Part shown: piece after piece, positions 36,033 through 44,985 of the stretch | Layout of the letters: each line of letters starts with the position of its first letter | Numbering within the stretch: position 1 is the stretch's first letter | Virus record (IMG/VR): IMGVR_UViG_3300025324_000002 | Coordinates: 1 to 59,633 of that record | Reading direction: 5' to 3' (one strand) | DNA length: 59,633 bases | Source of the DNA: a virus | Notes under the pieces: model-generated | Database searches by the model: none | Seen by the model: only the letters and a program-made list of their open reading frames with translations | What the model was told of the DNA's origin: nothing | Program-made: the position numbers and the translations under genes

Positions 36033-36410
36033 ATGAGCATGCACACAGAGACGGACGCCGCAGAAAATACAGACAAGAAGATTTGGCAGGAAAACCCTGA
36101 CGATGCCTATTCGCCCACTATCCATGTCACACAACACGGCGGCATCGGAATCAACGTTGGCGGATATGTGATGGTTAAACCCGTGCGTGAATGGCATCGC
36201 GTCGGCCTTGCCCACGACTCCCTCGTCGCCGCGCTGGGCGCCGCAAGACGACTAGGCAATGTAGGGTATCTACAGGGCGAAGCGGACATTCAAGGGCGCG
36301 AGAAATGCGGGGACCGCATGTTTTGTAAGCGTGAAGAGATAGAAGCGCAGATAGACGCCGCCCTGGAGCTGGCGAAAGGCGATAAAGCGGCAGGCAAGGA
36401 GAGGTTATGA
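36033..36410 (+). CDS. conserved phage protein, paralog of 7563..7850
   Basis: NTDKKIW...PTIHVTQHGGIGINVGGYVMVKPVREWH. Confidence 0.55.
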   Translation: MSMHTETDAAENTDKKIWQENPDDAYSPTIHVTQHGGIGINVGGYVMVKPVREWHRVGLAHDSLVAALGAARRLGNVGYLQGEADIQGREKCGDRMFCKREEIEAQIDAALELAKGDKAAGKERL

Positions 36411-36601
36411 GATCTAAGCACAACCGCGTAACCGAGCAGATTGAGATGGTCGAAACTCATAATCTGGCGATCTGTCTGCGCCGGTTACGAGACGGTGAAT
36501 ACAGCGACCGATGGCGACGGGCTCTTTATCATGCTTTGACGATGACGGGAACCTCACGCGGCGTCGTCGAAAAAATCAGGATCGCGCTGGAGTTGCCATG
36601 A
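36407..36601 (+). CDS. hypothetical protein
   Basis: ATGA overlap; 64 aa. Confidence 0.45.
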   Translation: MRSKHNRVTEQIEMVETHNLAICLRRLRDGEYSDRWRRALYHALTMTGTSRGVVEKIRIALELP

Positions 36602-36798
36602 TCACCCCCGATATCCGCTGGACAAAACTCCTACTCGCCGCTCTGTTAAATCCATTTACGCTGGGCGTAGATACTCATCGCCGCCGTGCCGGCTTGAAGG
36701 GCAATAGGTGGAAACGCCGCGACTACCGCGAACACCGGGCGGTGAGGCAGGCAATGGCCCGCGAGAGTAGGCGGCGAAATCGAAGTAATTGGAGGTAG
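36598..36798 (+). CDS. hypothetical Arg-rich protein
   Basis: ATGA overlap; 66 aa. Confidence 0.4.
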   Translation: MITPDIRWTKLLLAALLNPFTLGVDTHRRRAGLKGNRWKRRDYREHRAVRQAMARESRRRNRSNWR

Positions 36799-36800
36799 CC

Positions 36801-36965
36801 ATGATCGACGATCAATTCACCGACGTTCCCGTGTGCATCTCATTGACCGACTTCAATCGGCTACCCGACATGCTGTTTCGCGTCATGAGTACGTTTTATC
36901 TGATGGCGGACTGCGGGATGATTTTAGAGGCGTGGGCAGACGAGTGCTATTGGAGGGTTCAATGA
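36801..36965 (+). CDS. hypothetical small protein
   Basis: 54 aa, below the track cutoff; GGAGG 5 nt upstream. Confidence 0.4.
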   Translation: MIDDQFTDVPVCISLTDFNRLPDMLFRVMSTFYLMADCGMILEAWADECYWRVQ

Positions 36966-37225
36966 GCGAACAGAAAAAGATTGATGACGGCGGGCCTACT
37001 TATCCACAAGGTCGGCAAATGGACGAAACTCAGTTGCTTTATCATTCCGGCGAAACCCGGCGCCAGAAGTTGGCGCGAAGTGCGATGCAGGCGTTTTTAA
37101 TTAGAGCCGACACGGCAGATATAGCTCAGCTTGACAAACTCCATGAAATACTACCCTTCGCGAGCTATAAAATCGCCGATTTCATGCTCGCCTACGAGCG
37201 CGCCGAGGGGGGAAAGAAGCTATGA
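36962..37225 (+). CDS. hypothetical protein
   Basis: ATGA overlap; 87 aa. Confidence 0.45.
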   Translation: MSEQKKIDDGGPTYPQGRQMDETQLLYHSGETRRQKLARSAMQAFLIRADTADIAQLDKLHEILPFASYKIADFMLAYERAEGGKKL

Positions 37226-37545
37226 CATTCGACGATGCAGTTAGGCTCGCGAGCAAGGGGCCATGGGAAAAGGGTCAATTTTATCAGAGTGCGCTAAGAG
37301 GAACCTTGGCTGAATGTGAGATCACGCCATCAGGAGAGGTGGGGATAATCGCTCACGTTTATCGTCCCAATAAAAGCCGAGAAATGGGCGAAGCCAACGC
37401 CATCCTGATGTCCCGCGCGTATTTGATGCGAGACGTACGGGATCAGTTGATTCGCGTACATACTCTGTTCGATCAATGGCAAGGCTTTGGTAAATATACT
37501 GAGGAACTTCGTATCCTTATCGCCCGCATCGAGGAGGGAAGTTAA
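37222..37545 (+). CDS. hypothetical protein
   Basis: ATGA overlap; 107 aa. Confidence 0.5.
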   Translation: MTFDDAVRLASKGPWEKGQFYQSALRGTLAECEITPSGEVGIIAHVYRPNKSREMGEANAILMSRAYLMRDVRDQLIRVHTLFDQWQGFGKYTEELRILIARIEEGS

Positions 37546-37637
37546 ATGAAACGCCTCCTTCGCATCTTTCGCCGTCGCCGAATTGTGGACCTAAGCGAAT
37601 ATCAGAGATTACTTGCGTTAACGATTACGAGGATAAA

Positions 37638-37781
37638 ATGAAACAACATATCGACGGTTACCCGCCACGGCGCCGCGTCGATTGGCTCTTCCTCGGCTTC
37701 TGGGTTGGCTACTTCGCGCTCCTGTATTACTTGGTCTGCCTGCCGGCGCTCAGGTGGGCGCATAGGATGGGGCTACTATAA
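37638..37781 (+). CDS. micro membrane protein
   Basis: 47 aa; WLFLGFWVGYFALLYYLVCL TMD; TAATG overlap with the next gene. Confidence 0.3.
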   Translation: MKQHIDGYPPRRRVDWLFLGFWVGYFALLYYLVCLPALRWAHRMGLL

Positions 37782-38035
37782 TGGCGACACCGAAACATAA
37801 GTGTACGCCTTATTGTGAGCCGGACGACGGAACCCATTGTCTTCCATTCATGGGCATACCTGATTTAACTTTGGATAAACTTCTTATGCACTATCCAACA
37901 GTCGTGAAACTGCAACGGGAAGACGATGTGACGCCAAGCGTCGTTGATAGAGTAGTAGACGCCACGGCAATTAATAGAGGCCCTGAACATACCGTTGGCT
38001 ACCTCGCGTGGCTGCGTGAGAAGGAGTCAACGTGA
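37781..38035 (+). CDS. hypothetical protein
   Basis: 84 aa. Confidence 0.45.
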   Translation: MATPKHKCTPYCEPDDGTHCLPFMGIPDLTLDKLLMHYPTVVKLQREDDVTPSVVDRVVDATAINRGPEHTVGYLAWLREKEST

Positions 38036-38181
38036 ACCTCACCAAAGCTTTACGGGCTCACATCGTCGAGCATTTCAAAGCGGGTACAGCGATTGCCACA
38101 CTCGCGCATATCTATGGCAGAACCAGCCTACAAATCGAGGCGGTAATTAGAGACGCACTGCGCGAAAAGGACGGCGTATGA
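38032..38181 (+). CDS. hypothetical small HTH-like protein
   Basis: 49 aa; AAGGAG upstream; GTGA and ATGA overlaps. Confidence 0.4.
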   Translation: MNLTKALRAHIVEHFKAGTAIATLAHIYGRTSLQIEAVIRDALREKDGV

Positions 38182-38192
38182 AAATCACGTTT
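38178..38192 (+). repeat. 15-bp direct repeat, copy 1 (ATGAAAATCACGTTT)
   Basis: 14/15 identical to 38397..38411. Confidence 0.85.
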
Positions 38193-38414
38193 CCGCGACA
38201 AAAAAGGGAGATCATTGGCGATGGCTACGGCGCCCTATACGTTGTTATTGCGAGTTTTAATAACGACGAATGGGGCTTTGCGGATTTTTGGGATGTTCCC
38301 TATACAGCGCCAACCTATCGTGCTGCCGTGCAATACAAACGCATCATTGTGGCAAAGGCGAAAGGCTACCACTGGAAAGCAAAGAGTTTTGCAGTAATGA
38401 AAATAACGTTTTGA
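38178..38414 (+). CDS. hypothetical protein (cassette bracketed by direct repeats)
   Basis: 78 aa; begins and ends with MKITF. Confidence 0.45.
   Translation: MKITFPRQKREIIGDGYGALYVVIASFNNDEWGFADFWDVPYTAPTYRAAVQYKRIIVAKAKGYHWKAKSFAVMKITF
38397..38411 (+). repeat. 15-bp direct repeat, copy 2 (ATGAAAATAACGTTT)
   Basis: Forms the last 5 codons of the same gene. Confidence 0.85.
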
Positions 38415-38423
38415 AGGCGCAGG

Positions 38424-38681
38424 ATGAAACCGGACCCGCATAATTGCCGGCATGAATACGAGCAGGAACTTAATGAAATGGCTGACTTCAAAAACAAAGT
38501 GGAGATAGAAGGCGTGTTTGTGAAAGCCGAGACAGCTAAGGCTTTACTTTGTGTCATCGATGGCAAGGAACACTGGATACCACAAAGTCAGATCGATGAT
38601 GATTCGGAGGTCTGGCAAAAGGATGATGAGGGAACCCTGATTATTTCAGAGTGGATTGCGACCGAGAAGGGGCTGATATGA
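38424..38681 (+). CDS. conserved phage protein
   Basis: 85 aa; VKAETAKALLCVIDGKEHWIPQSQI pattern is common in phages. Confidence 0.45.
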   Translation: MKPDPHNCRHEYEQELNEMADFKNKVEIEGVFVKAETAKALLCVIDGKEHWIPQSQIDDDSEVWQKDDEGTLIISEWIATEKGLI

Positions 38682-38691
38682 GGCCCCTGAC

Positions 38692-38753
38692 GTAGCGGCT
38701 CGAACAGGCTGAAACGGTTCGCGTCTGATAGCGCCCAACCGGCGAGCCGCTAC
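38692..38753 (+). other. long-range inverted repeat (11-bp arms)
   Basis: gtagcggctcg ... cgagccgctac with a 40-nt spacer, intergenic. Confidence 0.6.
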
Positions 38754-38764
38754 ATGAGGGACTA

Positions 38765-39205
38765 ATGATTTGGGAGCGCGTAACAAAGTTTGACCGTAGA
38801 GCCTGCGCCCTAGCTGATCGCCATTATTCGCGGCGCAAGATTGGCGCTCCGCAATTCATGCCGCCGGGAGAAACGATTGTGTTGTTATCTCATGATGCTA
38901 GAGCGGTTTGGGGTTGGTGGCGGCCACATCCTAGCAGTGGGCTCAAGGCCATGAACGGTCTTGATGGTTGGACCTGCACCATATTTAGGAATGAAAGTTC
39001 AACTCTATCAAGTCTCATGGTTATAGCCGCCGAAGAGTTTTTGTTGAGTTTGCGCGTGACGATAGGGCCGGATGGCTTGTTGACCTACGTTTGGGATTCG
39101 AAGGTTCAGAGCTCTAACCCTGGCTATTGTTTTAAAATTGCAGGCTGGCAGGCGGTAGGGCGATCAAAAGATAATAAGAAAACCTTACTTCAAAAGAAAA
39201 TGTGA
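38765..39205 (+). CDS. conserved phage protein (possible acetyltransferase-like fold)
   Basis: 146 aa; ADRHYSRRK...CTIFRNE...NPGYCFKIAGW; function uncertain. Confidence 0.4.
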   Translation: MIWERVTKFDRRACALADRHYSRRKIGAPQFMPPGETIVLLSHDARAVWGWWRPHPSSGLKAMNGLDGWTCTIFRNESSTLSSLMVIAAEEFLLSLRVTIGPDGLLTYVWDSKVQSSNPGYCFKIAGWQAVGRSKDNKKTLLQKKM

Positions 39206-39212
39206 GATTCCC

Positions 39213-39428
39213 ATGCGCTATTACGGCAAATCCTCCGAGAACCCTGCCGGCACACCTGAGGACATCCGCCACTGCATTTCGAAAGTGGCGGACGGCAGCG
39301 CCCAATGCTCGCGTTATAGGATCGCCGCGTTGAGGAGTGGCTTAGTTCTTGAAAATAGTAACCTCTGCCACCAGCATCGGGCGATGCTGAGGAAGGGGAA
39401 GAAACTGGATATTCCTTTTGATGAGTAG
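39213..39428 (+). CDS. hypothetical protein
   Basis: 71 aa. Confidence 0.4.
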   Translation: MRYYGKSSENPAGTPEDIRHCISKVADGSAQCSRYRIAALRSGLVLENSNLCHQHRAMLRKGKKLDIPFDE

Positions 39429-39438
39429 GAGGCAAGTT

Positions 39439-39909
39439 ATGGCGACAGAAACATACCAGACAGCTTATGAAAGAGGCATGACGGAAATAGAGTTTTTAAC
39501 CGAGAAGCTGGAGAAATGGAAACCCGCTCTAGATGTCATTGAGGAATTGAGGCTTGCTTTCCCTGATTTGCAAATCCATACAAGTTGCGGACTTCAGCAC
39601 GGCCAAGTCCAGGGTGCGCTGATACATTTGAACGATCTAATAGATATGGCCCAAGCGTTGCCGGTTGCAAAATGGCTCACGCAGCGCGGTTTCCACACCA
39701 AGGGATTTGAAGACTACCCGGAGCTCCGACGACGGACCTACGACTACGGCGATATCAAACTCATGTGCTTTTTGAAGTATGATGAGGGCGCAAAGTGTCA
39801 ATGGGTGAAAGTGGGTGTTAAGGAAGAGCCAGTTTATAAATTGATGTGCGAAGATAAGCCCTTTGATGCTGCCCCCGACGAGGCGGTCAGCGTGGAGGTT
39901 AAACCTTAA
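39439..39909 (+). CDS. hypothetical protein
   Basis: AGGAGG 8 nt before the ATG; 156 aa. Confidence 0.5.
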   Translation: MATETYQTAYERGMTEIEFLTEKLEKWKPALDVIEELRLAFPDLQIHTSCGLQHGQVQGALIHLNDLIDMAQALPVAKWLTQRGFHTKGFEDYPELRRRTYDYGDIKLMCFLKYDEGAKCQWVKVGVKEEPVYKLMCEDKPFDAAPDEAVSVEVKP

Positions 39910-39931
39910 ACGTGCGCAACAAGGAGATCAT

Positions 39932-40981
39932 ATGGAAGCAACGCAAACAGATGAAACTACTAACACTCATGACAGCGAAGGGCCGACGTTTCTTGAGGAA
40001 GGGCCGAACCTTCCAAGAATTTTGACGCCTAACTTCGTTGAGGAATTCGAGAAGGGCATTGCGGTCTACAAGCGGTGGGTTGCCGCATGTTATCGACTCA
40101 CCCGGGAATCGCACTGGATAAATCACGGCACGGCGAACGCGCCGAAGTTTTCGCTGCAAGGGCCTGGCGCCGAAGCGCTCATGAATCCTCTCGGCATAAG
40201 CTTCGAGGCGCCCAACACGCGCAAGGAGCCGTTGGAACAGAGCGGATATGCTTACTGGGTTGAGGGGTACATGGAGTCCCGCACGCTTCGGCGCCGGGGA
40301 TACTACCTCGGATATTGCGATAGCCGCGATCCGTTTTTTAATGCGCGATCGGGCTGGAAGCCGGAAACTGGTCACGGCGATATCCGCAAGGCCGCAACGA
40401 CCAACTGGATAGTCAACGCGGTGACTCGCCTGGCTGGGCTCCGGGATCCGGACCCTAAGCTTCTTGCTGATGCGGGGCTGGATATGTCCCGCATTCAGAC
40501 AATCGACTACCGCGGCGGCAAGACGCCCGAGGAATCCACGGGGGCAATCAGCGAGCCGCAACGCAAGCGCCTGTGGGCAATAGCTAAGAGCGCTGGTATC
40601 TCCGAGGACGCCCTGCGCCCGTATCTCAAGGACTTCTTCAAAGTCGATAGCATGAAGGAGATCAGGCGCGGCGACTATGAGGCGATCTGCAAGCAGGTTG
40701 AGACCGGCAAGCTGCCCGCGGTCGATGGCACACCGCAGAATTCGGACTCACCCGTCGAATCGAAACCCGATAAACTCAAGGCCGCGATGGATTGGGTTGC
40801 TGCTGCCCCGGACGCCGACATTCTTTCGCCCGTCGAGTATCGCCGATGGAATGACGAGTTGCATGTTAAAACTGGCAGCCAGGCAGATTCGATCGCATTC
40901 CTTAAAGCGCATGAAGCGCGGAAACAAAACATCCTGGAATCGTTGAAGCGCGATTCCGGAAAGCCAGGGGAAGAGGAATAG
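39932..40981 (+). CDS. putative single-strand annealing / recombination protein
   Basis: AAGGAG RBS; 349 aa; the call rests mainly on adjacency to the Cas4-like exonuclease. Confidence 0.35.
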   Translation: MEATQTDETTNTHDSEGPTFLEEGPNLPRILTPNFVEEFEKGIAVYKRWVAACYRLTRESHWINHGTANAPKFSLQGPGAEALMNPLGISFEAPNTRKEPLEQSGYAYWVEGYMESRTLRRRGYYLGYCDSRDPFFNARSGWKPETGHGDIRKAATTNWIVNAVTRLAGLRDPDPKLLADAGLDMSRIQTIDYRGGKTPEESTGAISEPQRKRLWAIAKSAGISEDALRPYLKDFFKVDSMKEIRRGDYEAICKQVETGKLPAVDGTPQNSDSPVESKPDKLKAAMDWVAAAPDADILSPVEYRRWNDELHVKTGSQADSIAFLKAHEARKQNILESLKRDSGKPGEEE

Positions 40982-40982
40982 C

Positions 40983-42020
40983 ATGGAAGCAGAGGAAAAA
41001 ATCACAGTCGAGGCGCTGTGCGCCGAAATCATGGAGAAGCGCGCCGAACGTTACGCCAGGAAGACGGCGCCCTATGCTAAATCGCAACCCACGTCTTCCG
41101 ACCTTGGAGACTGTCTACGCGAAACTGTTCTCGGTATTACGAACTGGCGAGATAAGCCGAATTTCTCAGTCGAGTTGGTGCAACGGTTTAATCGTGGAGG
41201 CAAGATTGAAGACTTGGCAATCGCCGAGCTTCAGGAGTTAGGCTACCGCGTGCGTGTAGATCGCCGTCCGTTCGAGATGAAAGACAAAAAGGGGCGCGTG
41301 GTGCTTCGCGGCATCATTGACGGGTTTGTTGAGGTCGGGCACCGGCAAATATTTCCGATGGAGTGCAAGAGTCTCAACCCCAACATTTGGGGAAGGATAG
41401 ACAGCCAAGAGGACTTTGATAATTACGCTTTTTTCCGAAAATACCCTCGACAACTCCAGTCGTATCTGCTTGCCGAAAATCTGTATCACGGCTTTTGGTT
41501 GCTTGATGACTGCCTCGGGCATTGGAAGCTGATTCCTTGCCACCTTGACCTTCACCGCGCCGAGAAACTTCTGAGCCACGCCGAGCAGGCCGTTGAACAT
41601 ATCGCCAACGGCACCTTGCCGCCATTCCACTACGATCCTTCTTACTGCCTCAAGTGCTGGGCTTTCAAAAGAGTCTGCACGCCTGATTTTTTCACCGGCG
41701 AAGGCATGAAGCAGGTCAACGACCCGGAATTTGAGGAAAAGCTCGCGCGTCGGGCTGCGCTAGACTTAGCGGCGACTGAATATGACCATCTTGACAAGGA
41801 AATAAAGGAAACGCTCAAGGCCGCTATGAAGCCGATGGATAATTGGATCATTGGTGATTGGCTTGTCTCGGCAACTGAAAAGGAGCGCCGGATGAAGGCG
41901 CAGCCGGCGAAAGAAGCGCACACAAGCAAATACATGGCCTTCGATGTTTCTCGAATCGACGAGGAAGAGGCGATCAAGAAGTCAGACGCCGACTACGAGG
42001 CGCTTGCCGGGAAGGCCTAG
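40983..42020 (+). CDS. PD-(D/E)xK exonuclease, Cas4/RecB-like with a 4-Cys cluster
   Basis: GIIDGFVE...PMECKS (D...ExK); Cys in LGDCLRE plus CLKCWAFKRVC. Confidence 0.7.
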   Translation: MEAEEKITVEALCAEIMEKRAERYARKTAPYAKSQPTSSDLGDCLRETVLGITNWRDKPNFSVELVQRFNRGGKIEDLAIAELQELGYRVRVDRRPFEMKDKKGRVVLRGIIDGFVEVGHRQIFPMECKSLNPNIWGRIDSQEDFDNYAFFRKYPRQLQSYLLAENLYHGFWLLDDCLGHWKLIPCHLDLHRAEKLLSHAEQAVEHIANGTLPPFHYDPSYCLKCWAFKRVCTPDFFTGEGMKQVNDPEFEEKLARRAALDLAATEYDHLDKEIKETLKAAMKPMDNWIIGDWLVSATEKERRMKAQPAKEAHTSKYMAFDVSRIDEEEAIKKSDADYEALAGKA

Positions 42021-42022
42021 CC

Positions 42023-42199
42023 ATGAGTCTAGTCATAGTTCCAAATAGCTTACGCGATGCTATCAATGAGAAAATAGACACCGCTTTACTAGAATGCCCG
42101 GAAGCAGCACCCGACCGCGACTATTTTTATTCAGTCTTACTCAACTATTTTGATGAGCATGGACACATACCGGAATTCCGGTTGCAGAAGAAGGTTTAG
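42023..42199 (+). CDS. hypothetical small protein
   Basis: 58 aa, below the track cutoff. Confidence 0.4.
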   Translation: MSLVIVPNSLRDAINEKIDTALLECPEAAPDRDYFYSVLLNYFDEHGHIPEFRLQKKV

Positions 42200-42250
42200 C
42201 CATGGACTCAATCAACGCCAAGGTAAGGGCGAAGGAAAGGAGTGACACAA

Positions 42251-42523
42251 ATGGAACATTGGGGCATGCCGGGAATCGGCGGTAACCTTGGAAAATGCGC
42301 CGTGTGCGGCGACACTTTCCTTACTGAAATTTTGTTTGGCGAAACCGTCAGTCAAGTAGTGGTAGAAGGAATTTCGCAACAACTCAGTATTCATACCGCC
42401 CGGTGTAAGCCGAAGTTGCAAGAAGTGATGAATGCTGGCGGCGATTGGAAGTTGCTTCCAGAGGGGCCACTACGGGAGGCGTTCGCGCGTGCGGCGGAAA
42501 AACTGGGCGAGGGACATACCTAG
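42251..42523 (+). CDS. hypothetical protein (CAVC motif)
   Basis: AAGGAAAGGAG upstream; 90 aa. Confidence 0.45.
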   Translation: MEHWGMPGIGGNLGKCAVCGDTFLTEILFGETVSQVVVEGISQQLSIHTARCKPKLQEVMNAGGDWKLLPEGPLREAFARAAEKLGEGHT

Positions 42524-42526
42524 CCA

Positions 42527-42850
42527 ATGATCACAATAAATAAAAACTGGCAGGGAATCGGCAGGATCCCGCAAACAACGATGAAGCAGTTCATAGAGGC
42601 AGTGCATACAGCCGAGGGACTGCAAACGATTGGCGAATTCGTAAACAAGGGAGGCGCAATGAAGCAAGAAAAACTGATTAGACGTAGCCCGCAGGAAATA
42701 GCAGAACTCAGGCAGACGCAATCGGCGAAGCTGTCAGAGTACATCAAGATCGAGGCCGAGAAGACGGCGGCGGACTCCGACTACAACGAGCGGCTAAATG
42801 ATCTGTGGGATGAAATCAAAGGCATTCAGACGCGGATCAACGAGGGGTAG
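42527..42850 (+). CDS. hypothetical protein
   Basis: 107 aa. Confidence 0.5.
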   Translation: MITINKNWQGIGRIPQTTMKQFIEAVHTAEGLQTIGEFVNKGGAMKQEKLIRRSPQEIAELRQTQSAKLSEYIKIEAEKTAADSDYNERLNDLWDEIKGIQTRINEG

Positions 42851-42852
42851 CA

Positions 42853-43728
42853 ATGTCGTATCTTCATATTGCGAATCTTTATCGGCCTGAAGCCCAACGG
42901 ATTCTTGAATTTAAGCAAGTATTCGTCATGGAAAAAATACACGGCACCTCGGCGCATGTGGCTTGGAAGGATAATGCTCTACGGTTTTTCTCCGGTGGAT
43001 CGAAGCATGAAACGTTCGTTGCTCTGTTCGCGGAGGAACAACTGCAGGCCGCATTTAGCGAGATGGCAAATCCCGATGTGACTGTCTACGGCGAAGCCTA
43101 TGGCGGCAAAATTCAGGGAATGAGCAAAGTTTATGGACCCAAGATTAGATTCGTAGCCTTCGAAGTCAAGATAGGCGGTTCTTGGCTTTCTGTCCCACAG
43201 GCTTGCGATATTGCCGTGAATAGGCTCGGTTTGGACTTTGTTTGCTACGATCTGAGCGCAACCGATATTGAATCGCTGAACGAGCACCGAGATGCAAACT
43301 CGGCTCAGGCCATGAAAAACGGCATGGGCGAGCATCCACGCGAAGGTATAGTAATCCGTCCGCCATTTGAGGTCATCCTAAACAACGGCGAAAGACTAAT
43401 TGCTAAATACAAAACCGAAGCATTTCAAGAACGGACACGCGAGCCCAAGATAGGCGAAGATTTGAAAACTCTCACCGATGCCGAGGCGGCAGCGGATGAG
43501 TGGGTCACAAATAACCGGATGGAGCATGTACTAGATTCGTTGTGTTCCGAATCTGTGGATGTTCAGGATATTACCGCCACGGGTGCAGTGATTAAGCGAA
43601 TGTATCAAGACATAGAGCGTGAGGGCGCGGGAGAACTTGAGTTTTCAAAAATGCTTTCGCGGGCTATCGGACAAAAAACGGCCAAAATGTTTAAGCAGAG
43701 ATTGCAGACGCGGATTAATGAGGGGTAG
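42853..43728 (+). CDS. RNA ligase (Rnl2 / PF09414-like nucleotidyltransferase)
   Basis: Motif I EKIHGTS (Lys at 42934..42936), GEAYGGKIQG, FVAFEV, REGIVIRP, AKYK. Confidence 0.7.
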   Translation: MSYLHIANLYRPEAQRILEFKQVFVMEKIHGTSAHVAWKDNALRFFSGGSKHETFVALFAEEQLQAAFSEMANPDVTVYGEAYGGKIQGMSKVYGPKIRFVAFEVKIGGSWLSVPQACDIAVNRLGLDFVCYDLSATDIESLNEHRDANSAQAMKNGMGEHPREGIVIRPPFEVILNNGERLIAKYKTEAFQERTREPKIGEDLKTLTDAEAAADEWVTNNRMEHVLDSLCSESVDVQDITATGAVIKRMYQDIEREGAGELEFSKMLSRAIGQKTAKMFKQRLQTRINEG

Positions 43729-43731
43729 GGG

Positions 43732-44946
43732 ATGACGCCATCTAACGCCTGGATGGGCTGCTACGAGATGGGCTGGCAAGGGCTAATTGTGCCAGAGGCA
43801 TTCGCTCATCCTGCCAAGGTCTCCCGCGGACTGATCCGCCGCATCTACAAGCACGCCTTTGACGAGGGCTGGCTGAAACACGGCGATTCGGTGGTTGATC
43901 CATTCGGCGGCATCGCCGGCACAGCCTTAGACGCCATGTGGAACCGCTGTCACTGGATAGGTGTGGAGTTGGAACCCCGCTTTGTGGCGCTAGCCGAGCA
44001 GAACATCGCTCTTTGGCAACGCAAGTTCGGGAGCAATGCGGGCTGGGGCCGAGGGATAATCATTCAGGGGGACTCCCGGCAGTTGGTGAGCGTGATAGCG
44101 GGCGCGGATTTGATTTGTTCTTCGCCGCCGTTCCATGACTCGATGAGCAACAAACCAAGTGCGCAGATTCTAGCTGGTAGCGGCGGGCGCATGGGTGAAA
44201 GTTGCAAATCTAACGATATCTACGGCACCACCGAAGGCCAGCTAGGCCGCATGAAAGAAGGCACCCCGCCGAGCGTGGAGATGATTGTCGGGAGCCCGCC
44301 GTTTACCGACAGCATGAACACGCAAGACGTTAAATTTTGGCACAAACACATAACCGATATCGGGCGTGATCCCGATACACCAGGGGCGAGAAGTTTGATT
44401 GGCGATTACGGCTCCACTCCCGGCCAGCTCGGCGCCATGCCCGAGGGCAAGTTTGACGCGGTGATTAGCTCGCCGCCGTTCGAGCAAAGCAATCTCACGG
44501 TTGACAAAAATTTTATGGCCCAGGTTGAGCGAGACAAACGTAATGGGTCCCGTCTGCAGCCAGGACTCGGCACGTACGGAAAAGAGGCTGGCAACATCGG
44601 CAACCAATCCGGCTCCACTTTCTGGACCGCCGCCCGCGAGATTGTCGCCCAATGCCACGCGATATTGCGACCGGGCGGTCACTCGATTTGGGTTTGTAAG
44701 GATTTCGTTAGAAAGGGCCAGCGCGTGCCCTTCAGCGACCAATGGCAGGCGCTATGTGAGGCGGAGGGCTTTCGGCTGGTCTGCCGCCATCGCGCAATGC
44801 TCGTGGCGCATCACGGGGAGCATGGTCAGTTATTCGGTGGGAGCGAACAACTCAAAACCGAGCGAAAGAGTTTTTTTCGCAGGCTTGCCGAGAAAAAAGG
44901 TAGCCCTGCGATAGACTGGGAAGACGTGCTCTGCTTGGAGCGATGA
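43732..44946 (+). CDS. DNA N4-C/N6-A methyltransferase with triplicated SPPF motif IV
   Basis: AHPAK...VVDPFGGIAGT (motifs X and I), then SPPF at 44122, 44293 and 44470; LRPGG after the third. Confidence 0.8.
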   Translation: MTPSNAWMGCYEMGWQGLIVPEAFAHPAKVSRGLIRRIYKHAFDEGWLKHGDSVVDPFGGIAGTALDAMWNRCHWIGVELEPRFVALAEQNIALWQRKFGSNAGWGRGIIIQGDSRQLVSVIAGADLICSSPPFHDSMSNKPSAQILAGSGGRMGESCKSNDIYGTTEGQLGRMKEGTPPSVEMIVGSPPFTDSMNTQDVKFWHKHITDIGRDPDTPGARSLIGDYGSTPGQLGAMPEGKFDAVISSPPFEQSNLTVDKNFMAQVERDKRNGSRLQPGLGTYGKEAGNIGNQSGSTFWTAAREIVAQCHAILRPGGHSIWVCKDFVRKGQRVPFSDQWQALCEAEGFRLVCRHRAMLVAHHGEHGQLFGGSEQLKTERKSFFRRLAEKKGSPAIDWEDVLCLER

Positions 44947-44985
44947 CGTTAGGAAGTCCTGAAATTCTGATGTTGGCAAAACTCT

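Noticed and set aside
34969-36215. Long minus-strand ORFs (34969..35667, 232 aa; 35436..36215, 259 aa) opposite the early genes
   Set aside because: The + strand carries a chain of RBS-preceded, ATGA/TAATG-coupled genes with recognisable families. The antisense ORFs have no RBS and low-complexity Arg/Ala/Pro composition typical of shadow frames. The same reasoning rejects 39899..40561, 50386..51039, 7744..8316 and 5931..6464.
38692-38753. tRNA-like stem
   Set aside because: The 11-bp terminal stem and 40-nt interior do not fit a cloverleaf (no D or T arms). I kept it only as an inverted repeat.
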